A stretch of DNA of 64,000 bases, from NCBI GenBank assembly GCA_000004695.1, contig CM000153.2:1216001-1280000 (forward strand), written 5' to 3'. The notes beneath the pieces are model-generated. The model was not told where the DNA came from, did no database searches, and saw only the letters and a list, made by a program, of their open reading frames with translations. The stretch comes from Dictyostelium discoideum (lineage: Eukaryota). This document shows, piece after piece, positions 38,496 to 51,533 of this stretch (position 1 is the first letter of the stretch; each line of letters opens with the position of its first letter). The position numbers were made by a program, and so were the translations under genes.

Positions 38496-40100
38496 TTAAA
38501 ACACATACTCTAAGAATGTTTTCCCTCTATCTTCTAAAGATTTTGGAACATAGTCCTTTTCATCTTCATCATTCTTTGATTTTTTTAATCTTTCTTCCTC
38601 TCTTTGTAAACCACTTTGTTTCATTTCTTCAATTCTTTTTCTTTTTTCTTCTTCACTTAAACCACCATTTGATGGACGATTTTCATAATCATTTCTATCT
38701 CTTTTTTTATTTGGAGAATCATTATGATCTCTATCCCTGTATCTTGAGTCTTCTCTTTTTTTATCAATATGATGATCTTTTTCATCTCTTCTATTTCTAT
38801 CATAATATCTATCGGAATGGTCTCTATCTCTGTATCTATCATCTCTTCTCTCTTGATGATGATGATGATGATGATGATAGGTATCTCTATCTTTATCATC
38901 TCTTCTATCTCTATCATCTCTTCTGTCTCTATCCCTATCATAATGATGATCTCTATTTCTTTCTCTATCCCTATCATCTCTTCTTTCTCTTTCATCTCTT
39001 CTGTCTCTATCCCTATCTCTATCCCTATCTCTATCATCTCTTCTATCATAATGACTATCCCTATTTCTTTCTCTATCTCTATCTCTGTCATCTCTTCTTT
39101 CTCTTTCCTTTTCTTTTTCACTATCTCTATTTCTGTCATCCCTTCTATCGGAATGATCTCTATCCCTATATCTATCATCTCTTCTTTCATCATCAACACG
39201 ACCACCATTATCATTATAATTTTTAGGTTTTTCTGTGTGACCATTTGAGTTTTGAATTTTTTCATTATTTTTATCTTTATCTTTATATTTATCTTTTTTC
39301 TTTTCAGTTTTTTCTTTATCATTTTCACTATCATTATTATCATCATCATCATCATCATCATCGTCACTACTGTAATTTTTATCTTTTTTCTTTTCTTTCT
39401 TTTCTTTCTTTTCTTTCTTTTCTTTTTTCTCTTTTTTTTCATTTTTTTCTTTTTTTTTTAATTTCTTTAAAATTTTATCAGATTCTTTTTTCTCTTTTTC
39501 AAGTTTTTTCATTTGTAAGGGATTATTCATAATTTTATCAAGTGCTTCTTGTTTCTTTCTTTCAATTATCATTAATGGGTCTTCTCTAACGAGGCTTTTA
39601 ATATCTTGAGGGTTATCATTACTATTTGAATGAAGAAATAATGCACCAGGTAATTGAGCCGCTTTCTTTATAATATCTTCTGCTGAATCATCTATTTTCT
39701 TACCTAATAAATAATCATCAACTGTTTCTGTTTTTTTCATTGATAATTGAAATGCACCTTCATACATCCAATCCATTTTATTATCTGGTTTTCTATAAAA
39801 ATAAAAATAAAAATAAAAATAAAATAATAAAATATAATAAAATAAAAAAAAGAGAGTTGGTATTTTAATAGTTTTATTAATTTTAATTTTTTTTCAATTT
39901 ATTTCTCACACATACTTGCCTGAAGCTTCATTAAATTGATTTTTTAAGTCCCTTATTTGCTCTTCTTCTCTCATTTCTTTTTTTAATTGATCTATTTTCT
40001 TTTGTTCATCTTCTTTTTCTTTTTCAGCTTTCCATATCCTTTCTTGATTTTTCATAGTAGAGACATGCCAACTCTTTTTTGAAAGAAATGATTTACTCAT
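38496..40100 (-). CDS. Pre-mRNA splicing factor CWC25 homologue (Cir_N domain; ~493 aa), 2 exons: 39916..40100 and 38496..39792.
   Basis: Exon 1 is MSKSFLSKKSWHVSTMKNQERIWKAEKE… (Cir_N: KSWHP..N.E.VW.AE), donor GTATGT at 39915. Acceptor TTTTATAG at 39793, phase 2. Exon 2 reads KKPDNKMDWMYEGAF…YLLGKKIDD…REDPLMIIERKKQEALDKIMNNPLQMKKL, matching human CWC25 blocks DWMYQG / EYLLGR.ID / REDPLFIIRKKEEE…NNPVKMKKI. A long RD/RE/RS-like dipeptide-repeat tail follows. Confidence 0.85.
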
Positions 40101-40574
40101 TTTCTATCGTATATGATGTATAATATTTTTTTTTAAAAAAAAAGAAAGTAAAAAGGTATTTATTTTGGTATAATATTTAGTATTGGTATTATCTTTATCT
40201 TTTTTTTTTTTTGTTTTTTTTTATTTTATTATTATTATTGTTATTATTGTTATTATTGTTATTATTATTATTTTATTATTATTATTTTATTATTATTATT
40301 ATTAGGATTATTATTGGTATTTATATGTATATTTCAATATATAAATATTTATAAATATTTGTGTATTTTGTTGGCACCAAATAAACGTTTTTAATTTTAA
40401 TTTTTAAAAAATTTTTGTCTTTTGAAAAACATTTTTGTTTTTTTTTTTTTTTTATTAAAAATTTAATTTTATTAATTTCAACCATTGTCAATTGGCGAAA
40501 ATCACACAAACGACAAATAAATAAATTGAATAAATGAAATTTTTAAATATATAAATAAAAAAATAAAAAAAGAA

Positions 40575-40606
<32 letters not shown>

Positions 40607-41079
40607 CAAAAATGTTATATAGGTTAAGATTAATAAATAGATTAATAAAAAAAATAAATTATATATAAATATATATATTTTTTTTAATTTAAATAACGAA
40701 TAAAAACGGTTAAAACTAGAATACAATCAATTAAATGATAAAAATATATTGCTAATAGCTAATTAAAGCAATTTATACTACTTGTATAATTTGATTTTAT
40801 AGTTTTAAATAGTAATAAAAAATAATAATAATAATAATAATTTTTTTTTTCCAATTAAATAAATTTTAAATAAAAATAATAAAAATAAAATAAAATAAAA
40901 AAAAACTGTTTCTGATAATGGAATTCAGTTTATATACATATTTATATTGAATGTATAAAAGATATTAATAATTGAAAAGACAAACACAAATAAAGCCATT
41001 GATTATTCAATTACAATAATAACTACTTTTTAATATTCTTTATAATAAATCAATTAACAATCACTGTAGATTATTTAAT

Positions 41080-41130
<51 letters not shown>

Positions 41131-41193
41131 AACCTTTTTTTTAATTTTTTTTTTCTTTTCTCTTGTTTCCCTTTATATCTTTGTTCAATTAAA

Positions 41194-41247
41194 ATGTCGA
41201 TTTACAAAAATAGTCAATATAGTCAACAGTTTCAAAACAATAATCAA
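41194..41247 (+). CDS. Possible orphan 5' exon (MSIYKNSQYSQQFQNNNQ|GTAAAA) of a gene interrupted by the assembly gap.
   Basis: ATG in an AAAATG context, 18 codons, then a GT donor. There is no downstream continuation before the N-run at 41479..41578. Speculative. Confidence 0.15.
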
Positions 41248-41478
41248 GTAAAAAAAAAAAAAAAAATTTTATCCCATTATTTTTTTTCTTTTCTTTTTCA
41301 TTTTTTAAATAAATGATGTATATGTATATATATTTATATATATAAATAACAAGGTGAACCAATGATAATTAATCAGACACAACACACACAAGTTGGAAAG
41401 AGCTTTTTTAAGAAAAAAAAAATATTAATTTAAATGAATAAAAAAATAATAATAATAATAGTAATAATAATAATAATT

Positions 41479-41578
41479 NNNNNNNNNNNNNNNNNNNNNN
41501 NNNNNNNNNNNNNNNNNNNNNNNNNNNNNNNNNNNNNNNNNNNNNNNNNNNNNNNNNNNNNNNNNNNNNNNNNNNNNN
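41479..41578. other. Assembly gap (100 N)
   Basis: Run of n characters. The track ORFs with poly-X straddle it. Confidence 1.
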
Positions 41579-41629
41579 TTCCATAAAATAAAGATAAAAA
41601 TAATAAAAAAAACAATTAAGGTAAAAATA

Positions 41630-41669
<40 letters not shown>

Positions 41670-43330
41670 AATTCCAATAACCCAAATAGGGCAATATAAA
41701 AATAAATTAAAAATAAAAAATAAAAAATTTAAAAAAAATAAAAAAAAGGTAAAAATTTTGAAAATAGGGGAATAGAATTTTTTATTTTTATTTTTTTTAT
41801 TTTTATTATAGTATTACCATATAATATCTATTTATTACTACTAGTAATTTTATTTTATGCATATATATTTACATATATTTATAAATATATTTTAAAATCC
41901 GAGGGAGAAATAAAATATTAGAAGAAATAAAGAAACAATCGAATGATAAAAATGGTAATTAATTTATATTTGTTGTCAAAAATTATTTCTTTGTTTTTTT
42001 TGTTGCATTGTTATATTGTGTTTACACTTGAAAATTTTTTAATTTTTTTTTTTTTTTTTTTTTTATTAATTTTTTTTCTTTTTTTTTTTTTTTTTTTTTT
42101 TGTTTTAAAATATTTTTTTATTTTAAAAATACAGATATAACAAGATTCATATTAAAAATTACATATAAATCAATTTTAATATGTAGATCTTGGTTTTTTT
42201 TTTTTTTTTTTTGTTTTTTTTTATTTTTGGTATTTTTTTTTATTTTTTTTTTTTTTCCTTTTTTGGTCGTTTATTTAAACTTTTTATTTATTTTATTTTT
42301 TCATTTTTTTTTTTTAATATTGGTCAATTGACAAAGTTAAAAAAAACTATTGGATTTAATTATTTAATCCCTCTTTTTTTTTTTTTTTTTTTTATTTATT
42401 TATTGCTTTGTTAATTTTAGTTTCACAATTAAAAAATTGTCATTTATGTTAAATTTGTATGTATAGTTGAAATCGCTTTATAATAATAGGTTTAAAAAAA
42501 AATTTAAAAAAAAAAAAAATATGTTCAATATCTTTGTAAACCATAATAATTTTATTTTAAAATTAAATTCTTTTTTTATGGATTATCACATCGAAATAAC
42601 AATTAATAGAAAAAAATAAAAATAATAAATTTGGATTTTTTTTAGTGGAAAAAAAAAAAAAAAAAGATTAACCCAAAATTGATCTCAAAAAAAAAAAAAA
42701 AAAAAAAAAATCTTTCTATAAAAGAATTGTGGGGATTTTTTTTTTTTAATTTTTTTTTTTATATTTTTTTATTTTATTTTGGTTAAATGTGATATTTTTT
42801 AATTATAAAACTTCAAAGAAGTACACATTGATACTTTTTTTTGTTTTTTTTGGAATTTTTTTTTTAAATATAAAAAAAAAAAAAAAAACCACACTTCACC
42901 AAACATAGACACATAACCACATTCACTTTTTTTTTTTTATTATTTTCATTTTTTTTGGATATCACAGATTCATATTATTTTTTTATGTTTACCACACACT
43001 ACCCAATAAACAACAAAATTTTTATTTTTGTTTATTTTTTAAAAAGTGTGCATGTGTGTTCCAATAAAAAATTAGATAACAAACCCACCCTTTATCACTT
43101 TTTTTTTTTTTTTATTTTTTTTATTTTTTTTTTTTTTATTCTAATTTCAGTAATAGAAAATTTAAACTTTAATTTTAATGATAAAAAAAAAGTAGTTTAA
43201 AATTTTTAATTTTTAATTATTTTTTTTTTTTTTTTATTATTTTTTTTAATTATTATAAAATATTAATATTTTTTTCTTTAAATTAATATTACATCAATAG
43301 TTTGACTTCTTTTTAAAAGATTCAAGTTTG

Positions 43331-43549
43331 ATGAGCGGGGAGAATTCTTGGTTTGATTTAGTTTTTTTAAAAAACAACGAATTTTTTGCCAATAATAATT
43401 ATCAAATTAATTTATTCCTATTATTATTAAATATTTTATTAGCCATTTCAATTTTAAAATTAATAATCAATATGTTTAATTTGAATATTTTTGGAATAAG
43501 TAATTTAATTAATAATTCAAATAATAATAAAAATAAAAATAATAATAAT

Positions 43550-43613
<64 letters not shown>

Positions 43614-44851
43614 GCAATAATAATAATAGCAATAATAATAATAATAATAGTACCAATACAAATAGTAGCATTATAAATATTAATAGTAATAGTAATAGTA
43701 ATAATAGTCAAATGGAATTAATAAATAATAATAGTTTAATAAATAGTAGCGAATCATTTTTAGTTTCAAAGAAAAAAGAAAATATGAAAAGTTTATCAAA
43801 TGATAGAATTGGTAGTGGATTATATTCAATTGTATCGGGAAATGGTATAGTTGGAAATATAGGTGATGTTGGAGAGGATTTTTGTTTTCAAGTATCATCA
43901 TATCATAAGAATGGTGTTAGAAAGAAACAAGGTGGTGATATTATATCAGTGAATATTCAAGGTTGCGATTATCAAAATATAGAAGAGCAAATTAAATCAA
44001 GAGTAATCGATAGAATGAATGGTTGTCATTTAGTTTATTACAACGTTTCAAAGAGTGGAAATTATTTAATTTCAGTTTTTGTTAATCAAGTACCTGTTGT
44101 TGGTAGTCCTTTTAAAGTTTTTGTTTCACCAATTCCATATTCTATTTGTATTAAACAAAAATTATCATCTCCATCTTCTTCATCTTCTTCATCTTCTTCT
44201 TCTTCATTTTCATCTTCTTCTTCTTCATCTTCTTCTTCTTCTTCATCATCTTCATCAACATTAAATAATCAAATTATTGCAGGTAATCTTATAACTTGTG
44301 AGATTTCACCGACAAGAGTATCATCACATATTATAAATGATAAAATTGATTTAACAATTTTTATAAAAGAGAATGGAGTTTTAAAGAAAACAAATGTTGA
44401 AATAAATTCTGAAATATTAAATTCAATAAATAGTAGTGGTAGTGGTGGTGGTGGTGGTGATCCATCATCTTCATTATCATCAAATAGCAATAATAGGATG
44501 ATTAGTGATTTCGAGTCAATGATGATTTCTAAATTTAGATTAACAAAAAGTGGTGAATATGTTTTAGAGGGATCAACAACTGGAGTATTAGTTTTTAGTA
44601 AAATAATCACTGTTATTCCAGGTCCTGTCTCTAGTAAATATTCACAATTAATTTGGGATGGTAAAGAATTAATTTCAGAGAATAAATTATTTATTTTAAA
44701 GGATAATCAAAATAATGATCAATCAAATTCTTCACCAGATTTTAAATTTATAATTGAAACTAAGGATAAATTTGGTAACAATAATCAAAATTCAAATAGT
44801 ATTAATGATTTCAAATTTTATTTAAAAAAATCATTATCACCAATTTTATTA

Positions 44852-44900
<49 letters not shown>

Positions 44901-44914
44901 GTAATATTAATAAT

Positions 44915-44947
<33 letters not shown>

Positions 44948-45376
44948 AATGAAGAAAATGAAAAAGAAAAAGAAAAACAAAAATTAGAATTATCTTCTGA
45001 TGAAAATAATAATAATAATAAAAATAAAAATAAAAATAAAAATAATACTAATAATTGTGAGGATTATGAAAAAGATTTAATTGAAATTTTACCAAACTCG
45101 ATATATTATAATAACCAAGGTAATATTTCATTTACATTTAATGGCGATCAACAAAATCAAGTTGGATGGTATTGTATTTGTGTGAAAATAAATGATGAAC
45201 CAATTTCAAATAGTCCATTCATTTTAGCAATGATTAAAGAAAAAGACTTTCAATCACTTTCGAATTATTATACAAATGGTAAAGCTTCATTTAATTGTCA
45301 AGTTGAAAAAAATGGTAAATTAACTAACATATCTTTATATTTAACACAAAATGTAACTACTTCCATTTTTAAGTAA
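43331..45376 (+). CDS. Filamin/ABP280-repeat-containing membrane-anchored protein (~681 aa).
   Basis: The track ORF begins at TTG 43328; the first ATG is 43331. N-terminal hydrophobic anchor: INLFLLLLNILLAISILKLII. A filamin-type Ig repeat is present: GDVGEDFCFQVSSYHKNGVRKKQGGDIISVNIQG…NGCHLVYYNVSKSGNYLISVFVNQVPVVGSPFKVFV. A second degenerate repeat lies near the C-terminus (GWYCICVKINDEPISNSPFILAM). PolyN/polyS tracts. Confidence 0.7.
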
Positions 45377-45414
45377 ATCTTTTAAAAAAAAAATAATAAT
45401 AAATAATTAATAAT

Positions 45415-45472
<58 letters not shown>

Positions 45473-45542
45473 AAAAGAAAGAATAATCAATTAATTATTA
45501 TTTTTATTTTAGAAAATTGAAATTATTGAAAATTATTATTTT

Positions 45543-46994
45543 ATGAATATAAAACTATATGAATTTATAATAAATCCAACAGTCCAAATTTTATTAGTTA
45601 ATGGTGGTGAATTAGTTATTCAAGATAATAATAGTAAAGTTTATTTAAAAGGTATATCAATGGATCAAAGTTTTTTAATACTTTTAACAAGTTTTTACTT
45701 TTTTGGATATACAACTCAAAGTGAACCAAAATTCGATAGTAAAGTCAAATGGTTAAAGGGTAAACTATGTAAGATTCAAAAGAAAATGATAACCTTAAAA
45801 TTAAATATATCAAGTAGAAGTCAAATCCTAATGGAATCAATTCAGGTTTTAAAACAAATAGATCCAAACGATTTAGTATTAAGTAGATTATTCGTTAAAT
45901 TTAATGATGAAGAAGGAATTGATATTGGAGGAATTTCAAAAGAATGGTTTTCAAATTTTAGTGAAGAGTTGGCCAATACTCCATTAAATGGTTATCATTT
46001 ATTTCAAGAATATTCAAATAGTAATAAATACCATCCATCACCTTTCTCAAATTTAATACCAGACTATAGATCAATCTTTAAAACTTTGGGTAGAATTACA
46101 GGTAAATCTATTATAGATAGTATCACCAAAGCTGATAGACACTTTTCACTTAGATTCACCCCAATCTTTTATAAAATGATCTTGGGTGAAAAAATAACTT
46201 TAGATGATTTAGAATTAATTGATCCAGAACTATATAATAATAAAGTCAAATTAATTTTAAATACTCCAATGAATCAAGTTAATGAAATATTAGGTGAACC
46301 ATTATGTTTTGTTTGTGATATTTATAATCAAAATGAATTATTAAAAAGATCATTAAATAATAATAATAATAATGATGAAGATAATAATAAAATTGAAAAT
46401 AATAATAATAATAATAATAGTGAATTTAAAATTCAAATTATGAAAACTATAAATTTAAAACCATTTGGAAATTTAATTAGAGTTACAGATGATAATAAAT
46501 TAGAGTATTTAGAATTATGGGTAAATAGTTTATTTTATAATGGTGTTAAAACTCAAATCGAAGAATATAGAGAAGGTTTATTTCAAATGATACCACATTC
46601 AATTTTATCAATTTTCAATTGGAAAGAATTAGAAATGTTAATTTGTGGAAGAGAAAGAATTAATTTAGACGATTTGAAGCAACATTCTTCATTCACTGGT
46701 TACTTTAATCAAACACTAATCGATGAATTTTGGTTAATTGTTAACGGTTTCAATGAGGATGAAAAGAAATCATTAATTAAATTTGTCACTGGTTCTTCAT
46801 CGGTTCCATTGGGTGGTTTCTATCAACTTTGTCCTCATTTCACTATTAATTTAACACCACCAATTCAAAATGGTGTAAATAGATTACCAATATCTCACAC
46901 TTGTTTCAATAGATTAGATATTCCAATTAATTGTTTATCTTTTAAAAATTTAAAACTAGCAATCACTGAAGGAGATGGTTTCTCTTTGGTTTAA
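45543..46994 (+). CDS. HECT-domain E3 ubiquitin-protein ligase (483 aa), single exon.
   Basis: C-terminal HECT catalytic region …VTGSSSVPLGGFYQL.P.FTI……LPISHTCFNRLDIPINCLSFKNLKLAITEGDGFSLV* with the active-site Cys in the HTCFN context. The conserved HECT N-lobe lies upstream (…LEYLELWVNSLFYNGVKTQIEEYREGLFQMIP…). An in-frame TAG directly upstream of the first exon precludes fusion with the filamin gene. Confidence 0.8.
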   Translation: MNIKLYEFIINPTVQILLVNGGELVIQDNNSKVYLKGISMDQSFLILLTSFYFFGYTTQSEPKFDSKVKWLKGKLCKIQKKMITLKLNISSRSQILMESIQVLKQIDPNDLVLSRLFVKFNDEEGIDIGGISKEWFSNFSEELANTPLNGYHLFQEYSNSNKYHPSPFSNLIPDYRSIFKTLGRITGKSIIDSITKADRHFSLRFTPIFYKMILGEKITLDDLELIDPELYNNKVKLILNTPMNQVNEILGEPLCFVCDIYNQNELLKRSLNNNNNNDEDNNKIENNNNNNNSEFKIQIMKTINLKPFGNLIRVTDDNKLEYLELWVNSLFYNGVKTQIEEYREGLFQMIPHSILSIFNWKELEMLICGRERINLDDLKQHSSFTGYFNQTLIDEFWLIVNGFNEDEKKSLIKFVTGSSSVPLGGFYQLCPHFTINLTPPIQNGVNRLPISHTCFNRLDIPINCLSFKNLKLAITEGDGFSLV

Positions 46995-47092
46995 ATTAAT
47001 TTTATAGATTTAAAAAAACAAAAGAATAAATAAATAAATAAATAAATAAATGGAAAAAATATTATTATTATTTTTTAATTTGGTTTAAATCT

Positions 47093-47133
<41 letters not shown>

Positions 47134-47488
47134 TTTAAAAAAGATCATGATCAGTATTTGAGATCAATATTTCTGATTGAAATTTTTATATCTTTTTTTT
47201 TATTTTTTTTTTTTTTAAATTATATTTCTCTCTTGGATTTTATTTGTTATTATTTTCATTATTTACTTTGTCCTGGGCAAAAAAAATAAAAATTTAATTT
47301 TTTTTTTTTTTTTTTGGTTGTGGGTGAGATATTTTTTTTTTTTTATTTTAATATTAAAATAATAAAATTTATTTTTTTCGATTTCTTGACTTTTTTTTTT
47401 TTTTATTTTTTTTTTTTATTTTTAAACATTTATATATATATATATTTTTTTTTTTTTTTACAATTTGTCATTTGTTATTGTTTAGTTT

Positions 47489-49251
47489 ATGGCATTAAAA
47501 TATAATGATATTGAAGAAAGGGAAGAAATCAAGGATGATTTAGATAGATATGTTGATGGTGCATCTAGTGAAAATAATAATAATAATAATGTAATAATAA
47601 CATCTTCAGTAGAATATAAAGATATAAATGATAATTATCAAGATGTTAAATTAAATGATATAAATAATAATAGTAATAATAATAAAAGTAATAATAATAA
47701 TTATAATAATAATAGTGATGATTATTATATAAATAAAAGTATAATATCAAGATTATATTATTTTTTTAAAGATCAACCATCATCATTGTATAATACAATT
47801 CATTGTGCAATTGGTTTTCTTTTTATATTTTTAGGTTATTCCCCAACTCAAAGTTTAATAACAAATTTACACGAAAATAATGGTTCTATTGGGTTAGGAT
47901 TACTATATTTTTCATTTGCAATTGGTTGTTTTATAGCACCAGTAGTTTTAAAGAAAATTGGGTTAATGTAAGTAAGAAAAGAATAATATCTTTATTTTTT
48001 TTAAATTTATTTAAGTTTTAAAATTTTTTAACATATGTCATCTGATGAAATTAAAAAATAAAAGTAAATCTTTAACAATAGCAGGAATAACATATGCAAT
48101 TTTTATATTTTGTTCAATTACAGGTGTGAGTGTATTGGAAGGATTGTTTTTACCAGCATCAATATTGATTGGATTCGGTGCTGGTTTATTATGGACAAGT
48201 CAACCAGTTTATGTTTCAAGAAATGCACCAACTGAAAAAGAGTTGGGACTTTATTCAGGTATGTTTCAAACGGTTTATTCAATGGGTTCAATCGTAGGAA
48301 ATGCTATTAGTGGTACCTTACAAAATCAAGATGTAGATCCAACAATCATTTTATTGATTTTAGGTTCTTCCACACTTTGTGGTTGTATTTTATTAGCATT
48401 CTTAAGAAGAGTTGACCCAATTGTACCAACACCAAGAAAATCTTTCTCAAAAACATTTACTGGTGCATTTATGGTATTTAAAGATAGAAAATTTCTATTT
48501 TTAATTCCATTATTAATTGTACAAGGTCAATCGTAAGTTTTTTTTTTTTTTTTAAATTTTATAGTATATACTAATTTCTTTATTTTATAGTCAAAGTTAT
48601 TTTTATGAAACATTTAATGGTATAATAGGATTAGGTAGAATTGGTTATATTAGTGTTACAATGGGTATTGTTTCAGTTATTGGTTCAAGCGTTTGGGGTA
48701 GAGTTCATGATAAATTGAAAAATGGTAAAAGAATATTAGCATTGATAATGGGTGTTTTATATTTATTATCATTGACATTATTATCAGTGGCATACTACTT
48801 TGATGAAATTCCAATGTTTTATGTAATAGCTGCATTGAATGGTTTATTTGACTCTTTGCAAACAATTTTAATTTTTGTTACAATTGCTTCTCTTTATCCA
48901 AATGATAATGTTTCTGCATTTTCTGCATCAAGATTTTTAATGTCAATTTCAACGGGTATTGCTTTCTTTGTTTTCCATTATCTCAATTTCTTTGTAGTAA
49001 TATTTTGGATTTTAGCTTTATTAATTGTTGCTGAAATTTGTTTCCATAATTTACTTCAAGATATAAAATCAATAGTTAAATTACCAAATGATGATGATTA
49101 TGATACTCATACTGATATAAATAAATTTAATCTTCCAAATCAAAATTACAAAAACAATAATAACAATAATAATAACAATAATGAAGATGGTTATGAATTA
49201 GAATATGATGATACTGAAAGTAATTTATCATATGATGATAATAAAATTTAA
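47489..49251 (+). CDS. UNC93-like/MFSD11-like major-facilitator membrane protein (~535 aa), 3 exons: 47489..47967, 48065..48532 and 48591..49251.
   Basis: Donors GTAAGT at 47968 and 48533. Acceptors ..AAAAG at 48064 and TTTTATAG at 48590. Phases 2 and 2. There are ≥10 predicted TM helices. Conserved UNC93/MFSD11 blocks: LGYSPTQSLITNLHEN, LLWTSQPVYVS, LGLYSGMFQTVYSMGSIVGNAI. Asn-rich N- and C-terminal tails. Confidence 0.75.
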
Positions 49252-49346
49252 TTTTTTTTAATTTTTAATTTATTTTATATATAAAAGAGTTTTTTTATTT
49301 TTGATATGTATTTTTACATTTCTTTTTTTTTTTTTTTTTTTTTTTA

Positions 49347-51125
49347 TTACTCAATTAATTTAAATGTGAAACATAATACACCTTTTTCTAATACTACTTC
49401 TGGGTTCTTTGGATGATAATTGTTTGGAATGTTGAGTATGAGTTCAAATGAACCATCACGTCTTTGATTATTTGAAAGGTATAATGATGTTTCTTCACTT
49501 GGGTAGCCACTTTCTGAATTTTTCATGTCAAATTGTAACTTTTTAACACCTTTGACAATTAGATTCCATTTTGTATTTTCATACTTTGTTTCATGGAAAA
49601 TTTCATCCAATACCATTTGAGGAACTTCAATAAGGTAACGTAAATCACTACCAACTTTTACAATATCATAGTTTGGTCTGAATCCATTCCAAAATACCAT
49701 TTGTAAACCAATAAATTCAACTTTGTTATCTATTAATTTAAATTCATTTTCCCTATTACTATCATTTTCTGGATATATTTTGAAAACTGGTATTTGAGAA
49801 ATTGTAGTTTTATGTGGAGTAACTTTTTCATAAATTTCTGTAAGTTCTTTTAAGTGCACTGAAAATTCACCAGATTCTTTGTCAAATAAGATTTTACCAT
49901 TTTCTTTATTGCAATTTTCAATGATTTTATCATCTTTTGTAAATTCGCTAATCTTTAGTTTTGATGGTGATTTACAATATGAAACCATATTATTTTGAAG
50001 TCCACTTAATAAAACTTTATCAAAATCCAATTTGTCATTATATTCTTTATTTGTTGATCTGATTTTTTCAATTGTTAAATCATTGTATTTTTTACCAAAT
50101 TCTGAATTATCATTACATAAAAAGAAATGATAACTATTGTTTACAGATTCTGTAAAAAATAATACAACTTCATCTTTACTTTTGATTGTTTTAAAATCAA
50201 TTTGATGGTGAAAAGTTCCATTAAATGGGTGATCCATATATGTTTTAATTTCAACCAATAGCTCCTCCATTGAATTGATTTTTGGATAGTTATGAACAAT
50301 TATTAATGTTTTGTTTATTTTTTGTTCTGTTCTTAATGATTGAATTTTTGATTGAAGTGCCAAGATAAATCTTTGATCAGTCCATGTGAGTTCATTTAAA
50401 ACATAAACAATGGTATTTGCTAATGAAAATGACATATCACGAATAAACATTTCAGTGGATTCTTTTCTTGCCAATTGTTCCTCTGATCTATTTTCACCAA
50501 CTTTTAATGAAGTATTTGAACCGGCTGTATCAATTGTAATTGTTTCATTATTGTGGCAAATTGAAAGTGATAATCCAATGGTTTGTGATTGAGTTCCACT
50601 TGGTAAATATGAATTATTGTATTTATTGATAAAGAATGTTTTACCAATATTAAAACAACCTAAACATGCAAGAGTTGAGTATTTTTTAAATTCTGCAAAT
50701 AATGAATTAAATGGTTCTAAAGGGTTAAAACCATTTGGTCCATTCATTTTTTCTTTTAATTTTTGAGAAAGAAAAATTAACCATGCTGTTTCTTTTTGTG
50801 AAAAATAATCAACTGCTGGAATATCAATAATTATATCATACTCCTTAATACCATTTTCTGGAATTGTAGTTTTGCCAATGTAACAATTTAATTTCTTTGA
50901 AAGTTCATTATTATGTTTTTCCAATTGTTCAATAATTTTCAAATATTCTTCCTCTTTAACTCTATGATTTTTAATATCATTTTCTAAATTTTTATTTCTT
51001 TTATATACCTTTGCCGATTCTTCCTGGTTTTTTTTTAAAATAACCTCAAGTTCTTTTCCACTAAGTATATAACCAAGTATTGATGGTAAACGAATGTCCT
51101 GAGGAACTAATAAATTTGATGCCAT
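49347..51125 (-). CDS. Paralogue A: P-loop GTPase domain (MMR_HSR1/AIG1-like) fused to a C-terminal alpha-crystallin/HSP20-like domain. 592 aa, single exon.
   Basis: N-terminal coiled coil. G1 motif LACLGCFNIGKTFFINK. G2/G3 motifs LPSGTQSQTIG…ETITIDTAG. A long middle region. The C-terminus reads …RPNYDIVKVGSDLRYLIEVPQMVLDEI…WNLIVKGVKK…RRDGSFELILNIPNNYHPKNPEVVLEKGVLCFTFKL, which follows the HSP20 ACD consensus (dlPG…R..G.F.R.f.LP…A…GVL.i…pK). Confidence 0.7.
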   Translation of the reverse strand: MASNLLVPQDIRLPSILGYILSGKELEVILKKNQEESAKVYKRNKNLENDIKNHRVKEEEYLKIIEQLEKHNNELSKKLNCYIGKTTIPENGIKEYDIIIDIPAVDYFSQKETAWLIFLSQKLKEKMNGPNGFNPLEPFNSLFAEFKKYSTLACLGCFNIGKTFFINKYNNSYLPSGTQSQTIGLSLSICHNNETITIDTAGSNTSLKVGENRSEEQLARKESTEMFIRDMSFSLANTIVYVLNELTWTDQRFILALQSKIQSLRTEQKINKTLIIVHNYPKINSMEELLVEIKTYMDHPFNGTFHHQIDFKTIKSKDEVVLFFTESVNNSYHFFLCNDNSEFGKKYNDLTIEKIRSTNKEYNDKLDFDKVLLSGLQNNMVSYCKSPSKLKISEFTKDDKIIENCNKENGKILFDKESGEFSVHLKELTEIYEKVTPHKTTISQIPVFKIYPENDSNRENEFKLIDNKVEFIGLQMVFWNGFRPNYDIVKVGSDLRYLIEVPQMVLDEIFHETKYENTKWNLIVKGVKKLQFDMKNSESGYPSEETSLYLSNNQRRDGSFELILNIPNNYHPKNPEVVLEKGVLCFTFKLIE

Positions 51126-51502
51126 TATTTTTTTTTTTTCAAATTTTTTTTTTTTTTTTTTTATTTTATTTATTAAATTTAATTCAATATAGTTTTTGTT
51201 TATTTTTTTTGTTTTATTTGATTTGATTTTTTTGTTTAAATTAATGAATGAATTTTTAAATATTTATTTTTTATTTAAATTAAGAAAAAAAAATAATGTT
51301 TTTTTAAAAAAAAAACTTAAAAAAAAAACTTAAAAATTTTTTTTAAACAAAACTTAAAAAACTAAATAACACCCTCAACTTAAAAAATATAAGTCAAGAA
51401 AACCTATTTTTTTTTTTTTTTTTTTTTTTTACAAATCATTAATTAAGCAAATAATTATCTCCACCAAAGAGCTTTTTTTTTCAAAAGAAGAACAAAAAAC
51501 CC

Positions 51503-51533
<31 letters not shown>

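Noticed and set aside
38393-39532. Long plus-strand ORFs (277 aa, 159 aa, 95 aa) rich in His/Leu/Phe/Ile overlapping the CWC25 gene
   Set aside because: They are antisense read-through of the (AGA/GAT/CGT)n repeats encoding the RD/RE/RS tail of CWC25 on the minus strand. They have extreme low-complexity composition and no start context. This is a mirror-frame artefact.
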